A DNA stretch of 32,000 nt from Candidatus Heimdallarchaeota archaeon B3_Heim (GTDB lineage: Archaea > Asgardarchaeota > Heimdallarchaeia > Hodarchaeales > Hodarchaeaceae), in contig NJBF01000033.1 of NCBI GenBank assembly GCA_003144275.1, positions 17,443 through 49,442 of the forward strand, given 5' to 3'. A program made the position numbers and the translations under genes. The notes below the pieces were generated by a model, which saw nothing but the letters and a program-made list of their open reading frames with translations, made no database searches and was not told where the DNA came from. Positions 17,443-26,663 of this stretch are shown here, piece by piece. Positions within the stretch are counted from its first letter, which is position 1. Each line of letters opens with the position of its first letter.

Positions 17443-19121
17443 GAAAATATACAGTCTTTTCACTCGGGATAATCATTATTGTTTTCGGATCAACATTCCC
17501 ATTATCTACTGTTCGTGCATCCAATGACGAAATGACTACGTTTTACGGGAGTTTTTATGATAACGCTGTTGCCATTAGGAATTATTATCTCCATAGTGGT
17601 TCAGGAGCATTAAGAGAAGTAAGAAATGACCCAATAATTAAAACCAAGACCAACTTACTTATTGCTTCCACATTACTAACTGAGTTTAATCTCGGAGGTT
17701 CAAATGTACTTCAAGATATTGCTCGCTCCATTGTTCATGCTAGTACACGGTATTTTGATGAGGCATATACGAGTGATAATGCTGGATGGGTAAGTTTCTT
17801 TGATTTCTCAAAAAATGAAAATAGTTATGTCAAAAGTCAGAAATTTACCCATGATCAAGTTCTCATGATTCTAAGTCTTGCATTAAGTTATCCGAATTTA
17901 GCTTCTGATGATGAGTTTAGATATGAATATCAGGAAGGAATAACCGAAACATTGGATTTTATTAATCGAAATCTACTAGGAAATGAAAATGGATGGATTG
18001 ACTCCTTATTCGCAGTTAATAGAACGAGTTATACAAAGAATCAATTCAGGTTAATAGAGAATATCTGCTGGACAATATGGAGCATCTTAACATTCCCTGA
18101 TTCAATTGATTCACCTTTTTCTCTTGATGATATCTCCCAAATATTGGACCTAATTCATACTGATAGAACATATAATGGTGCGGTGTTTAATGTATTGTCT
18201 CCAGATTGGAGTTCTTCTGATGATGTATTAAAACTCCGAACCAATGCTTTATATGGAATAATCAATCTTATGCTCTATGAAAAAACTGCCATTACAAATT
18301 TTCTTGATCGAGGAAAAACGATTTTCGATTTTCTACGTAATTTCATGTATGATAGAGGCTTTGGAGGGTTTTTTGATGTTGTAGATAAAGATGGCATGTT
18401 AATTGTCCAAAGGAAGAGTGTAGTCGGAAATACTATGGCATGCTTACTATCCAGTAAACTAGGTAAATTTTTTCCGTCAAATAAAACAATAGAAACAACT
18501 TTAGTGCGAACCAATAGATTTATTGAGGAAAACCTTTTAGAAAAGAATACAGGGTTATATTATATAACATCTGAAAGATCAGGTTTACCTTTAACACAGC
18601 ATTCTTTAATGAGTGATGCAGTCCGATTGTGGCAGCGTGGAAATTCTTTACATATTGTAAATGGGTCGATTTCATCCGAAGTTTCAATCGGTGAGAAGAT
18701 TAAAATTGACTTTCATATGTATAATCCAAATGATCAAAACTACACTCTCTATGTCGTAGGGGACGAAATCGATCCTTTTAATACCACAACAACCGATTCT
18801 CACCTTTCGAATATCTTAAATCTGAAAGACAATGCAAAACTCGGTTATTTTAATGTGAAAGTTCAAATTAAGATCCTATCGGGAATTGTGGATCAAACTA
18901 CCGCGTTAAATGTAAGAATTGGATCTGATAGACGCCTTCCACAGGGGTTAGTGTATTTAATCGCATTAGGAATCTTAGTAGGCATTGTTGTAGTTGTGAG
19001 GTATCCGCCTAGGAATCTTGAAGAATTATTAGCACGATTGAGTTCTATAAGTGCGATTGAGGAAGAATCAGGAGGTTCACACGAGGGACAATCGTTACCA
19101 AATGAAGAAACCTCAAAGTGA
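17439..19121 (+). CDS. Exported (alpha/alpha)6-barrel protein (AGE-epimerase/six-hairpin glycosidase-like) with an Ig-like domain and C-terminal TM
   Basis: ATGA overlap with the upstream stop; signal peptide; recurring hairpin motifs (NAGWVS, ENGWID, YNGAVF, DRGFGGFFDVVDKDG, NTGLYY); a beta-sandwich, a TM helix and an acidic tail. Confidence 0.7.
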   Translation: MRKYTVFSLGIIIIVFGSTFPLSTVRASNDEMTTFYGSFYDNAVAIRNYYLHSGSGALREVRNDPIIKTKTNLLIASTLLTEFNLGGSNVLQDIARSIVHASTRYFDEAYTSDNAGWVSFFDFSKNENSYVKSQKFTHDQVLMILSLALSYPNLASDDEFRYEYQEGITETLDFINRNLLGNENGWIDSLFAVNRTSYTKNQFRLIENICWTIWSILTFPDSIDSPFSLDDISQILDLIHTDRTYNGAVFNVLSPDWSSSDDVLKLRTNALYGIINLMLYEKTAITNFLDRGKTIFDFLRNFMYDRGFGGFFDVVDKDGMLIVQRKSVVGNTMACLLSSKLGKFFPSNKTIETTLVRTNRFIEENLLEKNTGLYYITSERSGLPLTQHSLMSDAVRLWQRGNSLHIVNGSISSEVSIGEKIKIDFHMYNPNDQNYTLYVVGDEIDPFNTTTTDSHLSNILNLKDNAKLGYFNVKVQIKILSGIVDQTTALNVRIGSDRRLPQGLVYLIALGILVGIVVVVRYPPRNLEELLARLSSISAIEEESGGSHEGQSLPNEETSK

Positions 19122-19132
19122 GGATTTGAAGA

Positions 19133-22100
19133 ATGGGGAAACCAGAAGAATCAATAAAATGTCAAAATTGTGGGAATGTTCTCCCGCCCCATACAAAGTT
19201 CTGTACGAAGTGTGGAACAGAGATAAAAATTGGTCAACCTCCAGGAGAATCTATTCCCCCATCTCCTCCTGAACCACAGGAAACCAGACAAGGAGAATCT
19301 CAACTTCAAATTCCTCAGGGGAGGGGAATTATTGAGACACTTCAAAATTCATGGCAATTCTTCAGAACACATTTTTCACAGATATTTATTGGTGTAGGGG
19401 TGATAAGTCTTATTTCAGCAATCGCTTTCATCATTATTGCTTTTATTCCGAGAGAGTTCATAACTGACGTGGATATCCCACCCGTAGAAGGATTCATTTT
19501 TGATATATTCGTAATTTTAAATGTGATTCTAACGATTTGTAAAGAAATCAGTTATTTCTGGGGTATTCTACCAAGGAAAAAGATTCTAGATAAGTGGTTT
19601 TCTTTAGTAATATTGCTCCTTTGGTGGATCAATCTTATCACATTTGGATTTGGCTTAGTAAACACAAGTATTTTCTATGATTTAGGTGGAAGAATACCAA
19701 CTATATTCGTAGTATTCAGTATAATAACCTTAGCTGTCTCTTTTCTATATTTTGCGCGGTACAGGAAACCACTGTTTTCAAGTACACTTGTGATTTCCAT
19801 AATGACAATCATTTATCTACAACAATGGATAATTCCAGTAGATCCAATTATGTATACAGCAATTATTATCATTACAGCGATGTTATTGTTCTTCATTACA
19901 TTTCTCACAAAGGATCTTGTTCCCACGATTGGAGTCATGATTTTAGTTCCTGGGATGTTTTTATCTCCCTATATTTTGAGTAATACGTCGTTTCTCCCTA
20001 TTTCAATTCTCCTGGGGTTACTCCCTTTCATTGATATTTTTTTCACTAAAAAGGTTGGTGAAGAGGCCTCTAATTTTAATAAAGGCTTGATTATTCTTTC
20101 TAATGTCTCCAGCTTATTTGGAATAATTACTCTTGGCTTTACAGTATTCTATGGATATCTATCGGAGGAGTTCTTCTTACTTCTCCTTTCTATAATAGTA
20201 TTAATGTTTTTACTCTTGAAATTGAGATTTAAACAGGCCCTATTATTTCCTTTAAAGGATTGGACCTTAACGTTAATATTATTATTCTTTGTTGCGTTTT
20301 TTGATATGATTGAGATTGATCTGTTCATTCTCACAGCAATAGCTGGAATACTCACCCTGTTTGCATCTTTTAACTTCTTTGAATATGTTAGTACCAAAAG
20401 ACCGCAGGTTATCCAGTATTCCGAATTCCTTCTCTTGGCTACGTTAACTATCATTTCGATAACGAAAATTGAATTTATTCCGAAAAGTAGTTTCTTTATC
20501 CTTCCTTTGTTAAGCTTATCGATCTTGCTCTACCATGGAATAGAATTCGATCATTCAACTGTCAGATTATTTGTATTTGGATTTATTTTATTATTCATTA
20601 TGAACTTTTTACAGCATCCATTTTACAATTGGATTATTATCCCCATTTATTCTTTGATTGCACTGGGAGGAATTTTCTGTGTTAAAGTTTTCCATGATAT
20701 TCGAAATCATGAAGGTTTTCATATCGATTTAAGTATTGTAGCAATCTTATTAGAAATAGACTTGTTAATACTAATGTTGGGAACAAAAACTATATCAGAG
20801 ATGATATATCCCGTAATGATGCTCATTGCATTGGTAATTCTCCTTAGCGGAATTCAACTATGGAAACCTCTTAATGAGAAATTCTCTTGGGTAAATTCCT
20901 CATTTCTCATCACTTTTGGATTAATGACATTTTGGAACGAATTTGATTCGATCTTCACTTTATTGATATCTTTTATCTTATTACTCCCGATGGCCTTAGA
21001 AAAATTAAGCTTCACGGAGTTAGACCTCCCATTACACATGGATAGAGTGAATCAATCACATAATTTCAATATTGCTTTAGCAGCTGCGGGATTAGCACTC
21101 ATAGTCCTTTTTGAGGAATTAGATCCAATAAGTCATACTATCTTACTTCTTCTAGGGCCTATTATCTGGGTTATTATTTCTGTTCAAAATAAAATTGATA
21201 ATTCGACAAATTTATTATTGATTTTGCTTCCTCCAGGTTTTATCTATCTATCTGAATTAGTCATCCGTTCTACCATATTTACACCTATTTCCGAAGAACC
21301 TTATTTATATTCTGCGTTAATCGTGATCACAATTCCTGCAATTATTCTTCAAGGTGCGAAGCAGCTCAAGAAAGAGGTATTTTCTGAAACAAAAATTAAT
21401 CCATTTATTGTGATGACAGCACTGCTTGGGATAGTGATAACTTCCTCAACATGGATCTATGAACTTGATGTGGAGGTAGTATCCCTTTTATACCTTGTTT
21501 TATTAGTTTTACTCGTTATCTCCTCATTCCTGATTACTTGGCAATATGAGTCCATATTACTGGTGATGATAACATTTTTACCCTCAGTATTGTTTTCTTA
21601 TGATGTAGGTTTTCCCCAACTGGTCAAATATATCCTACCCGTAATTCCACTCTGTTTCAATATTGGTATTGTATTCAAACGAATGAAATCAACTCTCGCA
21701 GTTAAAACTCATGAAACACTGATGGTGTTATACCTGATTTTCTTCATTCTCTTGTATCCTGTAAAGATTCTTGAATATACTATACTGCTTGCAGCATTAC
21801 TTTTAATTTCATGGCAAATCCTTGGGGTTTTAAACCGAAGACTTGACTCAAGTCTATTAGAAATAACTAATTTCCTTAATTCAATATTAGTTTTGGTGCT
21901 AATCATCTTTATTGATTCTTATGTCATAGAAGAAACCTTGGTTGTAGGGAGTTCTGTTTTAGAACTGAAAATTATCTTTCTTACTTTAATTAGTGGAGTA
22001 GTTGTCCTATCAATGCTCCTACATGTCATTTATGGGCAGGTAAGACGGGAATCGGTGAAACTCCCGATATTGTTATCAGGATCGATAGTGACCAATATTT

Positions 22101-22558
22101 CTTCGTTAATCCTAGTTACAGTATCAATAATCATTCGTACTACAGATTTAACGTTTGATAATATTGAAATCGGAATATTAATTATAACAAGTAGTCTACT
22201 TATGGTTAGTTTACTGGTAAACATTAGACCTAGTAGAATTAACTCAGATGTGATTACAGGATTTATTCTGGCAAGCTCTCTCTGGGTATTGATTTCATCT
22301 TCATATTTCCAGAATGTTGAGATAATTTTCCTTTGGATTGTGTTTGCTCCTATCATAGTCGCTTTCTACCTAAATAGACAAGATTTGAGTTATCTCGTTG
22401 TTGGAATTGCATTCTATACTCTTACAGGGATCCGTTTACTTGAAATTATTCTGAATTCCCTGCAAACTGGGATCACAAATTGGCTAGGCATTTTAGGATT
22501 AATCTTCCTCGGGGTAGAACTACTATCGATTGGGATATATACCGTCCTTGAGAATTAA
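19133..22558 (+). CDS. Giant polytopic membrane protein with an N-terminal double zinc ribbon
   Basis: CQNCG...FCTKCG zinc ribbon, a Pro/Gln-rich linker, then about 1070 aa that are almost continuously hydrophobic (around 30 or more TM by eye). It starts 11 bp after the upstream stop. Confidence 0.8.
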   Translation: MGKPEESIKCQNCGNVLPPHTKFCTKCGTEIKIGQPPGESIPPSPPEPQETRQGESQLQIPQGRGIIETLQNSWQFFRTHFSQIFIGVGVISLISAIAFIIIAFIPREFITDVDIPPVEGFIFDIFVILNVILTICKEISYFWGILPRKKILDKWFSLVILLLWWINLITFGFGLVNTSIFYDLGGRIPTIFVVFSIITLAVSFLYFARYRKPLFSSTLVISIMTIIYLQQWIIPVDPIMYTAIIIITAMLLFFITFLTKDLVPTIGVMILVPGMFLSPYILSNTSFLPISILLGLLPFIDIFFTKKVGEEASNFNKGLIILSNVSSLFGIITLGFTVFYGYLSEEFFLLLLSIIVLMFLLLKLRFKQALLFPLKDWTLTLILLFFVAFFDMIEIDLFILTAIAGILTLFASFNFFEYVSTKRPQVIQYSEFLLLATLTIISITKIEFIPKSSFFILPLLSLSILLYHGIEFDHSTVRLFVFGFILLFIMNFLQHPFYNWIIIPIYSLIALGGIFCVKVFHDIRNHEGFHIDLSIVAILLEIDLLILMLGTKTISEMIYPVMMLIALVILLSGIQLWKPLNEKFSWVNSSFLITFGLMTFWNEFDSIFTLLISFILLLPMALEKLSFTELDLPLHMDRVNQSHNFNIALAAAGLALIVLFEELDPISHTILLLLGPIIWVIISVQNKIDNSTNLLLILLPPGFIYLSELVIRSTIFTPISEEPYLYSALIVITIPAIILQGAKQLKKEVFSETKINPFIVMTALLGIVITSSTWIYELDVEVVSLLYLVLLVLLVISSFLITWQYESILLVMITFLPSVLFSYDVGFPQLVKYILPVIPLCFNIGIVFKRMKSTLAVKTHETLMVLYLIFFILLYPVKILEYTILLAALLLISWQILGVLNRRLDSSLLEITNFLNSILVLVLIIFIDSYVIEETLVVGSSVLELKIIFLTLISGVVVLSMLLHVIYGQVRRESVKLPILLSGSIVTNISSLILVTVSIIIRTTDLTFDNIEIGILIITSSLLMVSLLVNIRPSRINSDVITGFILASSLWVLISSSYFQNVEIIFLWIVFAPIIVAFYLNRQDLSYLVVGIAFYTLTGIRLLEIILNSLQTGITNWLGILGLIFLGVELLSIGIYTVLEN

Positions 22559-22738
22559 GGTAATTTTGTTTTTTCAGCGAGAAATATCTCAGTAGCAAGT
22601 CATTCTAGTTATTTCGTCTGAGTATATCTAGTTAATGAGTTTTTCTCTCAATTTTCTTCCACAAGTTTAAAATACCTCAACGAGTATAATTCAAAACTAA
22701 TAAAAAAAAAGATAAAATAATAGAGAGAGACTTCATAA

Positions 22739-23185
22739 ATGACGGATGAGAACTACAATTTTGGCCGATGTGGGGTATTTTGTGAGATGTGTCCCACTGG
22801 GAACGGTCAAATTAAAACTTATGCTGACGAATTATTACGATTAACAAAAAATGGTTACTCTTGGGCAGAAGATAATGTGAATTTTAGTTTTAACGATGTT
22901 TGGGAAGGATTAAAATGGATTAGTGCTCAATCATGTCCTGGTTGTACAAATATTAAGGAGCCTTGGTGTGAAGTTTTGAAGTGTGAGAAAATTGCTGAAA
23001 TAGAGAGCTGTTTACTCTGTGATGATATATCCACTTGTTCACGAATGTCATATCAGAGAGACAGATATCCCTTTGTCCTTGAACATCATAAAAAAATAGA
23101 AAGAATTGGGTTACAGGAACATTTCAAAGAAGAACGCAGAAAATCAAAGAATGGTGTTACCCTTATCGACATTAGAAAATGGTAA
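22739..23185 (+). CDS. DUF3795-like Cys-rich metal-binding protein
   Basis: GRCGVFCEMCP, CPGC, CEVLKC, CLLCDDISTC. Confidence 0.75.
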   Translation: MTDENYNFGRCGVFCEMCPTGNGQIKTYADELLRLTKNGYSWAEDNVNFSFNDVWEGLKWISAQSCPGCTNIKEPWCEVLKCEKIAEIESCLLCDDISTCSRMSYQRDRYPFVLEHHKKIERIGLQEHFKEERRKSKNGVTLIDIRKW

Positions 23186-23224
23186 CTCATTATAGTTCAA
23201 ATCCATAGCATTCTTTTTAATTGT

Positions 23225-23341
23225 TTACCAATATAGGTCTTTTGCTGTGGTGAATTTTTGTGTATAGTTTTCCGCGACTATTCCGTCAGAAATTCTTATT
23301 ACACGATCAGCCAGTGAACAGATTTTCAAGAAAAGGGTTAC
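23225..23341 (-). pseudogene. C-terminal remnant of a LolD/MacB-type ABC ATPase
   Basis: VTLFLKICSLADRVIRISDGIVAENYTQKFTTAKDLYW* aligns without gaps to the VTH...ADRVIxxxDG...A..L.W tail. The H-loop His is lost, and no Walker A/B or signature motif is found upstream. Confidence 0.6.
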
Positions 23342-23516
23342 ACACAGTAACCATTTTTGGGCTAGCAAAAGAAGGGACTCCTCCTCACTGGCAAACTTTA
23401 GAAGATACAACTGAAAAACTATCAGGCCCTAAGATCGCCAAATGAGCTGAAATTGCTATTCAATTTGTTTTGAATGTTGATCAGTCCTGAAATATAACAA
23501 AAATGTTATTCTGTAC

Positions 23517-24095
23517 TTATTCGGGAGTTAGTGTATCAAGTAAAATATCTGGCTCAATTCCAGATATAATTATTTCACCAACCTCATTGGTAATGACTTC
23601 CATTAGTGGGATTTCGTCTAAAACGAATTTCTTATAGAAATCTGAATAGTAAAGGTAATTTTTGTTACTAGAGCCCCTCAAACCTGATTGGATCTTAAAT
23701 TCACTACGATATCGTCCTGCAATAATTAGGTCGATATTTTCTGTTACTGATTTAATCCTTGGTAGTCGGAATAGCTCTTTAGGGCTGTACCCAGTTAAAA
23801 TAATTATCCCCAAGCTTGTTTGTGATTTAATGTGTTTAGTAAGCTGGATAACCTCGTCTATTTGTTGAAAAGGTTCCCCTCCTGTCAATGTTACACCGAT
23901 TATTTGTTTCTTCAACCAATACTTCTTAATATCTTGGAGTAAATGTGATGTTTTCTTTTCCATTCCTAAAGTCGTGTCATGTGTATGGGGATTGAAACAG
24001 TCTGAACATATTAACGTGCATCCTTGAACCCAAATCGTGTAGTGTGGTCCTGGGCCATTAACTCTAGAAATCGGTATAATAGATGATATTTTCAT
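23517..24095 (-). CDS. NrdG-like radical SAM (4Fe-4S) activating-enzyme family protein
   Basis: VNGPG, IWVQGCTLICSDCFNP (CxxxCxxC), GVTLTGGEPFQQ, TGY, IDLIIAGRY, LRGSSNK. ATG is 24095 or 24107. Confidence 0.85.
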   Translation of the reverse strand: MKISSIIPISRVNGPGPHYTIWVQGCTLICSDCFNPHTHDTTLGMEKKTSHLLQDIKKYWLKKQIIGVTLTGGEPFQQIDEVIQLTKHIKSQTSLGIIILTGYSPKELFRLPRIKSVTENIDLIIAGRYRSEFKIQSGLRGSSNKNYLYYSDFYKKFVLDEIPLMEVITNEVGEIIISGIEPDILLDTLTPE

Positions 24096-24317
24096 TTTGT
24101 GTATCATCCTTGGATAGTTCTTTTCATTGAATCGTTCTGTTCCAGTAAATTACTATCCATCAAGATTTTTATTCTTTTTTAAGGGTGAGAAGATTGAAAT
24201 TGATACCATTCGTATATAAAGAAGAGAATAAAACTTGCAGTTAAATCGATGAATACACCTCATCGCATGTATGAGATAAAAATTGATTTAATTGTTATTA
24301 GTCTATAAAAGGGAAGA

Positions 24318-26663
24318 TTGATGGACCCATTACTTCAGGGATTTTTAGAACGTCTGGAAAAAGAATCTAAAAAATATCCTGACCTACTCCCGTTTTTCAG
24401 ATGTGTCTTTACATTTTGTTATGTTTTCCCCATTTCAGAGCTAAATAATGTTCCTGATAAAACTTCTTTTATAAATATCTTATCTAATGGGAAATTGTTG
24501 CCTAGAATGAGATTCATATTCGATTCTTTAGCTGTAAAAGAAGATACTCTTATTATTGATTACCTAAAGGAAACATATTGGTGGTGGGAGGCTGTTCATG
24601 GAGTAGCTAAGGAAGGAATTGATATTTATCAACTCTCATATCTTTATGAAACGTTAACACGAACCCAGAAGAAAAAAACTACAGGATTATTCTTTACCCC
24701 ACAAAATCAAGTTCATTTCATCTGTCACTTCAGTCTATACAAGTACTTAATGTTCAATAACCCTCTGGCTATTGATCAATCTTTAATACATCGAATTATC
24801 TTTCAGGGAAAAATTTCACAAAAGAACCAGGATATTTACAAAACTTTTGTAAACCAGTTGTCATCTATGTCTATAATTGATCCAAGCTGCGGCACTGGGT
24901 TATTTTTGCATGAAATAATAGAAATTTATAGCACCATAATCTTCAAGATTAAGAATTCGATTTCCAATTACGAATACCAGCAATATTTCCAGAAATTTCT
25001 CTCCAATTTATATGGTTTTGATATTGATCCTATTCATGTTATTTTAACAAAATTAGTTTTTCTACATCACTGGATAACAAAAGTTGTATCTTATGAATCA
25101 ATTTCTGTTGAAGAAATGAGAAACTTTGTAAAATCAATTATAGACATTAAAGAAGAGAATTTTCTGCTTGTAGAAGAGCCAAGCAATCTGAAATATGATT
25201 TATGCATTGGTAACCCTCCTTATATTCGTCATCATAATATTGATAAGAAGAAAATTATTGCAAAACTTGTTACTATTCCAGAATATCAATCACTCTTTTC
25301 AGGAAGTAATAAGCAAGTTGATTCGAAAGCAGATCTTTATTTTTACTTTTGGATAATATTGATGTTTAAGCTTAACCCAAACGGAGTCCTAGGATTAATT
25401 TTATCACGATCTTGGTATTCTTCACGATTCCTATCTCCTATAAATTCCCTTCTCCTTGAAAAATACTTTAACCTTGATTTAATTCTTGAGCTTCCTTCAG
25501 AGCCATGGAAAAAAGCCGAAATTATAACGAATATTATTATTGGACATAAGGTTGAACATTTTGATGAAGTAAATTCTACTACGGTGTTAGTCTGGAAGAA
25601 AAAATTGTCTGAATTGTTAAAGATTGACGAACCATTGTCTGAATATATTGACTCGGTGGAACAATTACGTTCAACTCAATTAAATGATATTAATATCGAA
25701 TCTTTTGAAAATAATGAATATCGAATGAGTCGAATAACAAATTCCCATCTCTTTTTTTCTCGAGATAACACCTACCGATTTCCAATAATGAGAATTGATT
25801 ATCTTACCATGGCTCCCTTCTTTCTCCATCATATTCTTTTAGCCAATAAAGACAAATTCTGTCTATTGAACCATCTAGGGAAACTTTCTTTAGGTTCTAC
25901 GACTGGAGCTAATAGATATTTCTATTTATCTGAAGATACGGTACAAACTTTTAGTCTTTCGCAAGAATACTTAGTTCCTATGACTAAATCACCAAAAGAC
26001 TTTATCAGCTTAGGTATAATTGCTCCTCAGAAATCGTTATACCTGTTGTCTATTCCCTCTGAGGTCAACATTGAGAAAGACGTCCATTTACAGCATTATT
26101 TAGATAGTATCAAAAATAATATTCTTTCCAGACCATATTTCCTAAATAAAAGCAAATCAACTTGGTATCGTATTTCAAAAATTCAACCAAAAATTCTTAT
26201 TCCAAATATGACTTATTTACGTTCATTTGTTGCATATAATACGCAAGAGTTACATGTAGACAAACAATGGATAGGATTTTGGCCAGATAACCCTGTTTGG
26301 ACTGAATTTTTACTTGGATTCATGAATTCATCATTAGGTGTATTGTTACGTGAAATTCAAGGGACAAGAACGTTAGGATTAGGCTCATTGAAATTGTCGC
26401 TAAGTGAATGCCAAAATTTACTTGTACTTGATCCAAGACAGATGCCAGACACCACCATACACCAAATAAAAGAATGTCTCCAAGAATTAATTGAATTACC
26501 CATTCCAAAAATTGGAGAAAAGACTAAATATCTGAAAATCCAAATGAAATTGGATCAACTTCTTTGCGTTGATTATTTGGGATTATCTCCACACTTTGTG
26601 GATCAGATTCAACAATCAATCAAATTTGAGGTTGAATGGCGTCTAGGAAAACCAATATTATGA
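24318..26663 (+). CDS. N6-adenine DNA methyltransferase (gamma class, Eco57I/TaqI-like) with a C-terminal target-recognition domain; apparently orphan
   Basis: GLFFTPQ, motif I IIDPSCGTGLFL, YGFDID, motif IV IGNPPYIR, ADLY; TRD-like LLGFMNSSLG...LGLGSLKL. Confidence 0.88.
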   Translation: MMDPLLQGFLERLEKESKKYPDLLPFFRCVFTFCYVFPISELNNVPDKTSFINILSNGKLLPRMRFIFDSLAVKEDTLIIDYLKETYWWWEAVHGVAKEGIDIYQLSYLYETLTRTQKKKTTGLFFTPQNQVHFICHFSLYKYLMFNNPLAIDQSLIHRIIFQGKISQKNQDIYKTFVNQLSSMSIIDPSCGTGLFLHEIIEIYSTIIFKIKNSISNYEYQQYFQKFLSNLYGFDIDPIHVILTKLVFLHHWITKVVSYESISVEEMRNFVKSIIDIKEENFLLVEEPSNLKYDLCIGNPPYIRHHNIDKKKIIAKLVTIPEYQSLFSGSNKQVDSKADLYFYFWIILMFKLNPNGVLGLILSRSWYSSRFLSPINSLLLEKYFNLDLILELPSEPWKKAEIITNIIIGHKVEHFDEVNSTTVLVWKKKLSELLKIDEPLSEYIDSVEQLRSTQLNDINIESFENNEYRMSRITNSHLFFSRDNTYRFPIMRIDYLTMAPFFLHHILLANKDKFCLLNHLGKLSLGSTTGANRYFYLSEDTVQTFSLSQEYLVPMTKSPKDFISLGIIAPQKSLYLLSIPSEVNIEKDVHLQHYLDSIKNNILSRPYFLNKSKSTWYRISKIQPKILIPNMTYLRSFVAYNTQELHVDKQWIGFWPDNPVWTEFLLGFMNSSLGVLLREIQGTRTLGLGSLKLSLSECQNLLVLDPRQMPDTTIHQIKECLQELIELPIPKIGEKTKYLKIQMKLDQLLCVDYLGLSPHFVDQIQQSIKFEVEWRLGKPIL

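Noticed and set aside
24318-26663. Calling the methyltransferase a complete type IIG restriction-modification enzyme
   Set aside because: The N-terminal region before the methylase motifs is short, has no recognisable nuclease motif, and no separate endonuclease gene is adjacent.
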